Below are positions 6,898-16,001 of a stretch of DNA of 32,000 bases, piece after piece. A program made the translations under genes and the position numbers. Each line of letters starts with the position of its first letter. Position 1 is the stretch's first letter. The DNA comes from Candidatus Kuenenia stuttgartensis (lineage in GTDB: Bacteria; Planctomycetota; Brocadiia; Brocadiales; Brocadiaceae), in the NCBI RefSeq assembly GCF_900232105.1, contig NZ_LT934425.1, positions 3,270,001 to 3,302,000 of the forward strand. The letters are read 5' to 3'. Under the pieces are notes generated by a model, which did not search any database, was not told where the DNA came from, and saw only the letters and a program-made list of their open reading frames with translations.

Positions 6898-8685
6898 ATG
6901 GCACTATCCTCTCTTACATCAGCGTATAGCTCGAATTCTGGACTCAATTCGTTAATTGCGCAATATATGTCGTTAGAGAAAAGACCCCTATATGATTTGC
7001 AAAGCCAAAGGACGAAACTATATAGTAAAATAGACCTGTATACAGACCTGAATTCAAAAATTTCAGGTCTGCTCGACCCAACAAAAGATCTAGCCAGCGC
7101 GGATAACAGTTCTGTCTATAATTCCAGAAGCGTAAGTACCAGTGAAAGCAAAGAAGTGTCTGCTACTACAGGTAGCAATGCCGCTACAGGGACGTATCAA
7201 ATACGCGTTAAACAGTTGGCCTCCGGATCGTCCGTACAAAGTTCCAGCGGGTTGATTACTAAAGCAGCGGTGGTTAGCAGTTCAAAGGTTGCGCCGGGTT
7301 CAGGAACGATTGATGTGACAAAGAGTTTTGGTGATGCGGGATTTGGAACTGCTCCAACGGGAGCGGTAACGATTAATGGGTGGACTTCATCTGATTTGGC
7401 AACATATGCTTCGGTGCAGGCGTTTATGGATGATGTCAATACGAATGCTGCGGCAAATATGTATTATGATAGTACTGAAGATACATTTTATTTAGAGGAT
7501 ACGACAAGCGGTTCTTTGACTTTTACTGAATCGGAAACTCCGGGTGGGAGCGGGTTTTTTACTCAGGTAAAAATGAGAAATGCAGCGGGTGATTATAATA
7601 GCGCTACTGCAGTAACCGGTATTCAGGCGGATGTACTTTTGTCAGAGGCAAATTTTGATACGGCAGTATCAGGCTCCGGGAGTTTTAAGATTAACGGAAT
7701 AGAAATTTCATGGGATGCAAGTACGGATACTTTGAATAGCGTTATAAACAGGATTAATAATTCAGATGCCAACGTAACGGCATATTATGATACATCGCTG
7801 GATAGAGTGGTAATGAATTCCAAAAGCACAGGGAGTTCTGATACTATTACCCTGGCAGACGTATCGGGAACATTCCTGATGAATACGTTTAAATTCAGTG
7901 GACAAACCGCCAGCGGAGGTGCCGATGCCAAGTTTACTATTAATAGCACAAGCTCCGGTGATGAAATCTCAAAAAGCTCTAACGATTTTACCATAAATGG
8001 CATTAACTATACTTTAAAACAAGCGAATGTTTCCGCTTATACGGAGAATACGTTTACAACAATCACTGTGAATCAGGATACCAGCGCGATTAAAACAAAA
8101 ATTAATGACTTTCTTGAAAAATTTAACGCACTGACAAGTCATATAAAAGACAAGTCTGGTGTTGATACGGAAAAGTTCACCAGGGGGCCTCTTGCGGGTA
8201 ATACAACCTTTATTAATATAAGGAGACAATTGTTACAGATAGTGGTTGAGAAGGTGACAGGTCTTACTGAAGGAGAACCCAATTACCTCCGTAAGATAGG
8301 CATTACCGTGGACAGTAATTTAAAGGTGAGTTTGTCCGATACCTCTGCATTTGATAGTGCTATTAAATCGAATCCCAAAGCGGTTGAGAATTTATTTAAC
8401 GCTACAAATGGCGTTGCAAAAAAGATAGAATCTTTACTAAAACCGTTTGTTGAGAGCACGTCTTCTACGACCGGTTCCCTCATTGATAATACAAAGAGCA
8501 CAATAAATACCCAGATAACAGGGATCAACAATAGAATTAAAAGTATGGAAACACGACTGTCGTTAAAAGAGAACCAATATCGCCAACAGTTGTCTAAAAT
8601 GCAGGAATTATTAAACAATCTGGTACTTCAGGGTTCTCAGATAACAATGCTTACAAACTCGGCTTTAAACATGATGGGAACATAG
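6898..8685 (+). CDS. fliD: Flagellar filament capping protein FliD (hook-associated protein 2)
   Basis: 595 aa. It has a FliD-like N-terminus (..GLNSLIAQYMSLEKRPLYDLQSQ..) and a C-terminal coiled-coil (INNRIKSMETRLSLKENQYRQQLSKMQELL). It lies directly after flagellin. Confidence 0.88.
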   Translation: MALSSLTSAYSSNSGLNSLIAQYMSLEKRPLYDLQSQRTKLYSKIDLYTDLNSKISGLLDPTKDLASADNSSVYNSRSVSTSESKEVSATTGSNAATGTYQIRVKQLASGSSVQSSSGLITKAAVVSSSKVAPGSGTIDVTKSFGDAGFGTAPTGAVTINGWTSSDLATYASVQAFMDDVNTNAAANMYYDSTEDTFYLEDTTSGSLTFTESETPGGSGFFTQVKMRNAAGDYNSATAVTGIQADVLLSEANFDTAVSGSGSFKINGIEISWDASTDTLNSVINRINNSDANVTAYYDTSLDRVVMNSKSTGSSDTITLADVSGTFLMNTFKFSGQTASGGADAKFTINSTSSGDEISKSSNDFTINGINYTLKQANVSAYTENTFTTITVNQDTSAIKTKINDFLEKFNALTSHIKDKSGVDTEKFTRGPLAGNTTFINIRRQLLQIVVEKVTGLTEGEPNYLRKIGITVDSNLKVSLSDTSAFDSAIKSNPKAVENLFNATNGVAKKIESLLKPFVESTSSTTGSLIDNTKSTINTQITGINNRIKSMETRLSLKENQYRQQLSKMQELLNNLVLQGSQITMLTNSALNMMGT

Positions 8686-8705
8686 ATGAGGTTCTAATAA
8701 ATAGA

Positions 8706-10084
8706 GGGTCTTCTCCCTATCGAGTGGGTAAAAATGAGCGAAAATTGCTTTGTGTTAGATATCAGGCAGCATGCAGGCCAAGATTTTGAGTCGAAGATAT
8801 TCTTCGTCTCGTAGACCGTAAGCTCGGCGTTGAATGACCCTGATTTTGTTGTTCAGCCCTTCGACAAATCCTAGCGGAACTTTATTTTCTGGTTTGCAGA
8901 AAGCGGCAATGCCATCCCAGTGGCGTTCAACCAGTTCTGCAAACTCCTCATAGGGTTTAAGCCGTTGCCATTTTAACGAGGCCTTCCAGTTATCAAAAAA
9001 CTTTCTGGCCCAGGCCTCTGACGTGTAGCTCCATAACTGTCCGAATGTTTCTTTGAGGACATATGCCGTATTAAGTCGTTTATTAGCGGTCAGAAGTATC
9101 TTTAATGCCTTTCTCCCTTCTACCGTAAGGTTTTCACGATGAGAAAGAAGTGTGTATTTCTGACCTTTAATGAACTTACGATCTTTGCCACTCAGTCTGG
9201 CATATTCGCTCTTTCTCACTTTGTCTAAGGCGTCGTTCAGATGCTTTATGATATGAAATTTATCGTAAAGGATGGCCGCCTGTGGTGCGCGACAACGGAT
9301 GGCATTCTCAAAAGCCTTCCACATGTCCATAACCGCAAGCCGTATCTTCCTGGTTTTGTGCACACCTAACTCGTCGTAGAAGAGGTTCATGCTCTCTTCT
9401 GAACGGTCTTTACCACCAAACCAAATCACCCGCTTCCTCTCAAGGTCGCTTACTATGATACGGTAACGGTGACCTTTACGAATAGAAATTTCATCAATAC
9501 CGATTACCTTTGGACCAGGATTCCCGGCACGGCGGAGTTTCTCCAGCATGTACTGCTTTTCGAGTTCCTTGACAGTCTTCCAGTCCAGGTGCAATTCTAC
9601 GGCAACGTCTTTAATCGTCTGAGTATTGCATCGCTTGCCAACATAGAAGGCAAAGCGCTTGGTGTAGAAAGGATTATCCGCAAGGAACTTCAGCTTCTCT
9701 TGCTTCACCTTGTTGCAGCAAATACAGAAAACCCGGCGAATCTCAAGTTCAAGGTATACACGCCTATTGCCGCTGGAAAGATCACGCACTCGCCTATTCT
9801 TGCGGTCATAGATGGTTCGGTATACTTTACCGCAGTTACCGCAGACGGTTTTTTTCCCTGTCGGGTAAGCTTTATTACCATGGCATTGGAGTCGCCAAAA
9901 ACGCCTGATACCTTGTGTTGTGGTTTAAAACTACAAAACTGATATGCATCATAAAGTGATCGTTTTTTTCTCATGCGATTTTATATCACATTTTTAGACG
10001 CTAAAACAAGCTGAAAACTCCCTCTAATTGCGGGTCGCAAGACTTTTTTCGCTCATTTTTACCCACTCAGTAGGGAGAAGACCC
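8706..10084 (-). mobile_element. ISL3-family insertion sequence (1379 bp) with 39-bp imperfect terminal inverted repeats and an 8-bp target-site duplication
   Basis: The left repeat is gggtcttctccctatcgagtgggtaaaaatgagcgaaaa (8706-8744). The right repeat (10046-10084) is its reverse complement with 2 mismatches. Identical TAAATAGA flanks both ends (8698-8705 and 10085-10092), as expected for ISL3. Confidence 0.9.
8755..9974 (-). pseudogene. ISL3-family transposase split by a frameshift at an A7 run (ORFs 9705..9974 and 8755..about 9849)
   Basis: The N-terminal ORF (MRKKRSLYDAYQFCSFKP..VIKLTRQGKK) runs into 7 A (plus-strand T7 at 9849-9855). The -1 frame then continues TVCGNCGKVYRTIYDRKNRRVRDLSSGNRRVYLELEIRRVFC.., which is the ISL3 zinc-finger and DDE body. 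ISL3 transposases are normally a single ORF. Confidence 0.8.
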
Positions 10085-10105
10085 TAAATAGATAATGAAT
10101 GGAGT

Positions 10106-10564
10106 TTGGATTTGGTTAATAATAAAATAAATTCATACGATGAAATAATAAATCTTCTTGGGATCAGGCTGGATGATTGTGATAAAATACTTCGTAATAC
10201 AATTGAATTGAAGGAAATGTTGAACGGCGGAGATGAAGAAGACTTGTTAATTAAAAAAATGCAGGAAAGAGGGATAATAATAAAGAGGGCTTCCGCCCTT
10301 GGTGAAGAATGTCATTCGATAAAAGAACTTGTTGGGGGTATTGACGATGAGGAAGGAAAATATTTATTAAAAGAGCGAGTGGGGAAGATGAGAAAACTTT
10401 TAGACGAGATTGCTCTTCTGGATAAAGAAAACAAGTCTCTCATAGAAAGCAGAATAAATGAAATTGCTTTAAATCTTGAAAAAATACAGGAAAGCAAGCA
10501 ATTGGTACGTAGTTTAGACCAGAACATTAATGATAATCCTTCATTTATTGATGTGTGTGGATAA
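10106..10564 (+). CDS. Hypothetical helical protein, possibly a flagellar export chaperone (FlgN/FliT-like)
   Basis: About 150 aa, acidic, with predicted coiled-coil character, sitting between fliD and fliS. There is no in-frame ATG near the 5' end, so the start is TTG at 10106 or 10112 after GGAG. The functional call rests on position only. Confidence 0.4.
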   Translation: MDLVNNKINSYDEIINLLGIRLDDCDKILRNTIELKEMLNGGDEEDLLIKKMQERGIIIKRASALGEECHSIKELVGGIDDEEGKYLLKERVGKMRKLLDEIALLDKENKSLIESRINEIALNLEKIQESKQLVRSLDQNINDNPSFIDVCG

Positions 10565-10594
10565 TACAATACTTTTTTATGGAGGTGAAAATTT

Positions 10595-10906
10595 ATGGTA
10601 GGAACAAAAAAAGTTGGGCATGCATATCTTGAACAGGGAATAATGACGTTAAATCCGCTCCAATTATTAATAAAAGCGTATGACGCAGGTATTACCGCGT
10701 GTAATCGTAAGGATGAAGAAAAGGCAAGTATTGTGCTGGCAGAATTAATTGACTCTTTGAACTTCGATCAGGCAGAGATTTCAAATTCACTTTTCAGGCT
10801 ATATGAATTTTGTATGCGGGAGATAAAAAACGGAAGATTTGACGCTGCGTTGAAGATTTTTAAAGAGTTAAGAGGCGCATGGTTGCAGGTACAGGACGCC
10901 GCTTGA
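10595..10906 (+). CDS. fliS: Flagellar export chaperone FliS
   Basis: 103 aa. The layout is FliS-like: LNPLQLLIKAYDAGITAC.., ..LAELIDSLNFDQAEISNSLFRLYEFCMREI.., ..ELRGAW. GGAGGTG SD lies 7 nt upstream. Confidence 0.8.
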   Translation: MVGTKKVGHAYLEQGIMTLNPLQLLIKAYDAGITACNRKDEEKASIVLAELIDSLNFDQAEISNSLFRLYEFCMREIKNGRFDAALKIFKELRGAWLQVQDAA

Positions 10907-11045
10907 TTTATATTTTATGTGTAAATATGCATATACGTTTTTAAAGTTCTTGCGCTGGCAGTAAATCAACCCATGCCACCTGTGCAAAGGATTAAATAAT
11001 TATTTTTAATTTTATCTGTATAAACAATATTTTTGGAGCAAAATT

Positions 11046-11579
11046 ATGGATGTGGGCAAGATTCATAGTTATAGTTCTAATAATAAGTTGTTTACTGAAG
11101 TTGACAAAAAAGATATTGTCAGCAAGGAAAAGGGGAAAGATGTATCTTCTGATAAAATAACAGAAGATGCGAAGGTTTCTTACCAAGCAATTATTGATAA
11201 GAAAATTGTATCGCAAAATGTGAGCAGTAGCGCGAGTGTTAGCAATACATCTCCTCAAAGCAACAGTAACAGCGACTCTAATGATGTGGCTGTTTCAAAA
11301 AAGGAAATACCATCGGAACAACCAGCTTCTTCTGCCTTATACGATTCTCATTCCCCTCCCGTTTTCCCCGGTGTTTCTCCTATTGGTACGCGGGTTGAAT
11401 TTGCTATTGAGAAAGAGTTGAATCTTGTTGTTACCACCGTGAGAGATTTAGACACCGAAAAAATCATCAGACAATTACCCCCGGAAGATACCATTTCACG
11501 AATGAAAATGCTGAAATCGTATTACAACCAAATGGCTCAGGCAAATTTGGGCAATAAAGTGGATGAAGTCGTTAAATAA
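11046..11579 (+). CDS. flaG: FlaG family flagellar protein
   Basis: 177 aa. The C-terminal region VEFAIEKELNLVVTTVRDLDTEKIIRQLPPEDTISRMKML matches the FlaG signature. The N-terminal half is Ser-rich and low complexity. Confidence 0.75.
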   Translation: MDVGKIHSYSSNNKLFTEVDKKDIVSKEKGKDVSSDKITEDAKVSYQAIIDKKIVSQNVSSSASVSNTSPQSNSNSDSNDVAVSKKEIPSEQPASSALYDSHSPPVFPGVSPIGTRVEFAIEKELNLVVTTVRDLDTEKIIRQLPPEDTISRMKMLKSYYNQMAQANLGNKVDEVVK

Positions 11580-11764
11580 AGTAGACAAACGATTGTAGTC
11601 TTTTTTTGGTACTATTTAATCGTCCCTATCATTATCCCCACAGTTTTTCCTTACCTTAATTCAAACATCTATTCTTTTTTGAACAGCGCTGGGGCTTCGC
11701 ACAATATTCCTTGTTTGGCTAGCTTTATCCGTGTTGCAGGGCATACTCTTCTACGTTCATGTTT

Positions 11765-12982
11765 CTATTCATTAGCAAGGGCTGATTTTTCATTACTGCA
11801 GAGGGTAAGTCCGCTTTTTGCCTCTGTTAGTTGCGGGTTAATGGTTAGCGCTTGTTCGAACATGTCTTTTGCTCCCCTTTTGTCTCCACGTATAAGACGG
11901 GAATTCCCGATCAGGATATAGGGGTTTGTGGCAGACGCGTCGTATGCCAGTGAACGTAAAAAATCATTTTCTGCACCAACAAAGTCGTGAAGTGAATAAC
12001 GGCAACTGCCTAACTCAAGATATATCTGCGCCATGTTTAATTCTACGTTGGGGGCAATACCTGTTTCGCCTTCAGATATTTTTATTGCAGTTTCTAAATG
12101 TTCAATTGCCTTCTGAAATTGTTTTTTTGTCACAGCGATTGTTGCAAGCATATACGCAGACAAAGGATTGTTAGTGTCTAAAAGCAAGGCTTGTTGCGCG
12201 TGGTAGACGGCTTTCGTAGTATTATCATTCTCTAAATATATCTTTGATAGGTTTATGTGCGATTGTCCTGTAAGTTCGTTTTTAATGTCAGTCGGTTTTT
12301 CAAGCATGCGCAGGTATACCTGAATCGCTGAATCATTGTTTCCCAGTTCCTGGTAAGTCATGCCCAGATTGAAGAGTGTGAATGAATCGTCCGGATTTTT
12401 TTCAAACTCTTTTAGTAAATAATTAAGATTCCGTTCCGCCCTTTGCCTCTTTTTCTCTTTGTTGAAAGCGTAAGCCCAGTGGTGAATTATTATGTCAGCT
12501 CTGAGTATTTTACCGCCTAATCTTTTAATTGAAGGCAATATTTGTTCGTGAATGGTCCCTTCAAAGCGGATTTCTGGATGTCTCCGGAAAACCCTGCAGT
12601 ATTCGCTGTAGAAAGAGGTTGCTATGTTGTCACATTGTTGAGGAATACATTGCCTTACCGTAAGCGCCATAATATCCTTGCTGTTAATTAGTGACCGAAT
12701 TTTTAGCGCGTTAGCTTCATCAATAATTTCATCTGCGTCAATGTAAAGTATCCAGTCGCCATTTGCATATCGCAATGATTCGTTGCGGGCTGCGGAAAAA
12801 TCGTTTCTCCATTGAAAATGATGCACTTTTGCCTTATAGCGCAGGGCAATTTCTACAGTATTATCAGTAGAACCTGTGTCTACAATGATTATTTCATCTG
12901 CAAAAGATTGAATACTTTCCAGGCAACGGGGAAGAATACCGGACTCGTTTTTAACTATCAGACAGGCAGAAAGTTTGACCAT
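11765..12982 (-). CDS. Family-2 glycosyltransferase fused to TPR repeats (candidate flagellin glycosyltransferase)
   Basis: From the ATG at 12982 the protein reads MVKLSACLIVKNESGILPRCLESIQSFADEIIIVDTGSTDNTVEIA..WRNDFSAARNESL..DWILYIDADE, a GT2 core with a DxD-like motif. The C-terminal half is made of TPR-like repeats. The track's 20-codon N-terminal extension overlaps a perfect palindrome and is probably untranslated. Confidence 0.8.
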   Translation of the reverse strand: MVKLSACLIVKNESGILPRCLESIQSFADEIIIVDTGSTDNTVEIALRYKAKVHHFQWRNDFSAARNESLRYANGDWILYIDADEIIDEANALKIRSLINSKDIMALTVRQCIPQQCDNIATSFYSEYCRVFRRHPEIRFEGTIHEQILPSIKRLGGKILRADIIIHHWAYAFNKEKKRQRAERNLNYLLKEFEKNPDDSFTLFNLGMTYQELGNNDSAIQVYLRMLEKPTDIKNELTGQSHINLSKIYLENDNTTKAVYHAQQALLLDTNNPLSAYMLATIAVTKKQFQKAIEHLETAIKISEGETGIAPNVELNMAQIYLELGSCRYSLHDFVGAENDFLRSLAYDASATNPYILIGNSRLIRGDKRGAKDMFEQALTINPQLTEAKSGLTLCSNEKSALANE

Positions 12983-13015
12983 AATGTGAACGTATCGCCT
13001 TTGGCGAACTCCTGG

Positions 13016-13042
13016 ATGGATCAATCTTTCAGATTGATCCAT
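13016..13042. promoter_or_regulatory. Perfect 27-bp palindrome (12-bp arms, 3-nt spacer) just upstream of the glycosyltransferase start
   Basis: The sequence is atggatcaatct ttc agattgatccat. It could be an operator-like dyad or a 12-bp RNA hairpin in the 5' leader. Confidence 0.55.
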
Positions 13043-13283
13043 ATATTTTGGTATGGTTTGTGTGTTGGTTCACCGTGAATTGGAATTTTTAAAAGAGCTA
13101 AATTGTTACAAAAAACCTGGTTTTGAACATTTGAAAATTGAAAATTAGAATTTGTTTCGTATTTAGCATTTCGGGGTTCATCCGTAAATATTTTGTCAAA
13201 AAATGCAAAGAAATTACTGATAAGGTACTAACAGGCATCGGAAACATGCAAAACGATAAAACGTAATGTTGTGTATTTTCAAG

Positions 13284-13314
13284 ATAAAAAAACCGTTTTA
13301 TTAATATAAAACGG
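13284..13314 (-). terminator. Rho-independent terminator after flagellin-2 (structurally bidirectional)
   Basis: A 9-bp stem ccgttttat / ataaaacgg (13293-13314) with loop taat. It is flanked by an A-run on one side and a T-run on the other, and lies 34 nt downstream of the flagellin-2 stop. Confidence 0.7.
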
Positions 13315-13347
13315 CCTTTTTGTTTTTTTCTGACATAATAAAATGTT

Positions 13348-14247
13348 TTAACCCTGAAAGAGCTGCATTATTATCTGAGGGCTGGTATTTGCTTGTGCAA
13401 GCATAGCGCTGGCAGTTTGTTGCAATATCTGTAGCTTGGTGGCTTCTAATTGTTCATATGCCATATCTGCATCCTCAATCCTGCTTCTCGCAGCATCGGT
13501 ATTTGTTCTTGCTACCGTTAAACTGGTTTCCTGATACGTCAGCCTGTTTACCACCGAACCAATGTAGCTCAATGCCTCTGATACATCTTCAATGGCTGTG
13601 TCTATATTGCTCATCAATGCACGTGCAGAAGCGTTTGATGCTACCGATGTTGTAGCGATACTTACATTCAATCCACTTGCGGTATAGTTTTTATCAGTAG
13701 CCCCACTGTCAAAGCTTACATTGGTATTTGCTAACAAGTCAAACGACAACACGTCATTGGTACCGCTTGAACCGGCGCCAATCTGGAATTTGAACTGCAC
13801 GCTGCTTGCGGACCCGGATGTTGCATTCGCTCCGCCAAATATTGAATTTGAGTTCCATGTTGCTTGGGCAACCTCAAGATCAATTTGGACTGCCAACTGG
13901 TTCAATTCCGCTTTTATGGCATTACGCTCTGCGCTCCCTAACGAATCATCTGCCGCCTGTGTTGCCTTTGTCTTCATCTGTGTCAGAATATCAAGAATAT
14001 TGTTTAAATGGCCTTCAGCAACAGCCATCAGATTTTTGGCAGATCCTATGTTTGAAAGGGCCTGGCCAAGTCCCTGTGAACGGGCATTAAATTTTTTGGC
14101 AATCGAAAATCCTGCTGCATCATCTGCGGCAGAGTTAATTCTCTTACCGGTAGCCAATCTTAATTGAGATACAGAGAGGCGGGTGTTAACATCATTTAAT
14201 GATTTCAATGCGTTTAAAGCGCCGATATTTGTATTAATCCTACTCAT
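13348..14247 (-). CDS. fliC: Flagellin (paralog 2)
   Basis: 299 aa, roughly 80% identical to paralog 1 by eye. The conserved termini are nearly identical and the central Ser/Thr-rich segment differs. SD AAGGAGG lies in the same 13-nt context (ACAAGGAGGTTG) as paralog 1. Confidence 0.95.
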   Translation of the reverse strand: MSRINTNIGALNALKSLNDVNTRLSVSQLRLATGKRINSAADDAAGFSIAKKFNARSQGLGQALSNIGSAKNLMAVAEGHLNNILDILTQMKTKATQAADDSLGSAERNAIKAELNQLAVQIDLEVAQATWNSNSIFGGANATSGSASSVQFKFQIGAGSSGTNDVLSFDLLANTNVSFDSGATDKNYTASGLNVSIATTSVASNASARALMSNIDTAIEDVSEALSYIGSVVNRLTYQETSLTVARTNTDAARSRIEDADMAYEQLEATKLQILQQTASAMLAQANTSPQIIMQLFQG

Positions 14248-14291
14248 TTTACAACCTCCTTGTTAAATGTAATAAATTGACTATTTATTGT

Positions 14292-16001
14292 TTATATAGA
14301 AATTGCATTTATGCTTGTATTAAGAAAACTTATAAATTTTTTTAATATATCATTATCAAAACTCCCGTCCATCTTTCCTACCATATGCTGCAGTACTTTA
14401 AATGCTGGGTTTTGTTCGTATTTTGAATCAGTGGACATTTGTCGTTCGTATTCGTCAAGGAGGTGAGTTATGCGGCTATAAGGGTGGATTTTTTCTCCAA
14501 TTATGCCTTCCGGATAGCCCTTCCCATTTAATTGTTCATGATGTTGTCTTGCGATAAGACAAGCTTCTTCTGGGACAAGAGTATTTTTTGACAAGAGAAA
14601 GAATCCAAATTCTGCATGTTTCTTATAGGTTTCCTTTTCTTGTTTTGATAGTTTTTCAGGGGTTTCTTCTTCGATAGTGTTAGTGCTTAGGCATGTGGCG
14701 CCAATATCGTGAAGCAATATGCCCGTGCCCAATATTGCCAGTTCTTTCTTTGAGTAGCCTAAATAATGGCCAAATAGTATGCCGAGTATGGCCATATTTG
14801 CGGAATGGTTAAATACTTTTCCATTGTATTTTAGCACTTTTATTAAATGTGCATGCTTATCCTGATTTACTAATACAAAGTCTAATAGTGTCGTTGTCCA
14901 ATCCCGGACTCTTTCAATAATGACATTAATGTCAATGTTTTTGTAGGCGTCTTTTATTATATTTGACGCAATATCATAGAGCATACGCGCTCTTTCTTGT
15001 AATGATACTGTTTCGTCACGAACAAACCGATCCATGTTTGTTTCCATATATCGAAGGTATTGTTCCGTGCCATTTTTTGCGACGTATATTCTGTTAATAT
15101 TTTTCTTTACGAAGGATTCTTTCCGTTCGTCTTCCAACAATTTAAAACCTTTACAGTAAAGCAAATGCTTGGCTTCATTATTTACAATTGTTTGTAAATA
15201 TAAATCACACCCTGCAAAAGCGCCAGATTTAATACTTCTTAACGTTGCGGGAAGATATCTGTTTTTTTCATCATAATAATTTAATGTAAGTTGTTCTAGC
15301 GCGTTTCCGTTTTTTAAGCGTTCTGATAAATGAGAATTTCCAATGGCGATAGCAGCATAGGTTGCAATAGTTTCCAAAAATCTTACATCAGCTGCTCCAT
15401 AAACATCTCCGGACTTTTTATTGCTTACGCTTACAATTCCCACAACCTTCTCTTTCACTTTAATAGGAACGTAAAGAATTGTTTTGCCGAGAATCCAATC
15501 AGATTGATCCTGTTTAAAACGGGGATCTTTGTTAATATCATTTACAATAAGTGGATTTCCATTTTTTATTATCCATTTGAGGATGTTGTCATTTATCCTG
15601 AACGATTTATTGCTTGCGATATGATTAGCAATGCCTTCTGAAGCCTTTAGCAATAGTTCATTATTGCTATTGATCAAAACGATAATGCCGGTTGCGCTTC
15701 CTGTGCCGCTTATTGTAAGATTATTCATCAGGGGGAAAAGTCTATCTACCTCTATTTGTGAAATTAATGCGTGGCCGACCTCTTTAACATTCAAGTCCTT
15801 GATGTTTGCAATAGAATCATTGTTTCTTATGCCTATGGCGTCGGGGTAACGCAGTAAATGAGATAAACTGGTAAGCCTTTTAATATCAGACAATGATTCC
15901 TGTACATTTTTAAGCTCTTTCTGTATCTCTGTATTTAAATCTTTGGAAGATTCTGCATATCGCTTGATATAAACAGGCATTTTTAGCGTATTCATTGTCA
16001 T
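14292..16001 (-). CDS. GAF domain-containing HD-GYP c-di-GMP phosphodiesterase
   Basis: The central GAF-like region includes ..IVNDINKDPRFK..ILYVPIKVKEKVVGIVSVSNKK... The C-terminal HD-GYP domain carries LLHDIGA and HHEQLNGKGYPEG. The ATG at 16001 is preferred because GAGGGA lies 7 nt upstream; the track starts at GTG 16016. Confidence 0.85.
   Translation of the reverse strand: MTMNTLKMPVYIKRYAESSKDLNTEIQKELKNVQESLSDIKRLTSLSHLLRYPDAIGIRNNDSIANIKDLNVKEVGHALISQIEVDRLFPLMNNLTISGTGSATGIIVLINSNNELLLKASEGIANHIASNKSFRINDNILKWIIKNGNPLIVNDINKDPRFKQDQSDWILGKTILYVPIKVKEKVVGIVSVSNKKSGDVYGAADVRFLETIATYAAIAIGNSHLSERLKNGNALEQLTLNYYDEKNRYLPATLRSIKSGAFAGCDLYLQTIVNNEAKHLLYCKGFKLLEDERKESFVKKNINRIYVAKNGTEQYLRYMETNMDRFVRDETVSLQERARMLYDIASNIIKDAYKNIDINVIIERVRDWTTTLLDFVLVNQDKHAHLIKVLKYNGKVFNHSANMAILGILFGHYLGYSKKELAILGTGILLHDIGATCLSTNTIEEETPEKLSKQEKETYKKHAEFGFFLLSKNTLVPEEACLIARQHHEQLNGKGYPEGIIGEKIHPYSRITHLLDEYERQMSTDSKYEQNPAFKVLQHMVGKMDGSFDNDILKKFISFLNTSINAISI

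Noticed and set aside
10930-10970. Sigma-28-like -35 element TAAAGTTC upstream of flaG
   Set aside because: The corresponding -10 position reads GTAAATCA, only 4 of 8 matches to GCCGATAA and missing the critical CGA. This is not enough to call a promoter.
5834-14247. The inverted flagellin pair as the arms of an invertible (phase-variable) DNA segment
   Set aside because: DNA identity between the paralogs is riddled with synonymous differences; the longest identical run I saw is about 20 nt. No site-specific recombinase or invertase gene is present, and there are no short inverted repeats at plausible crossover points.
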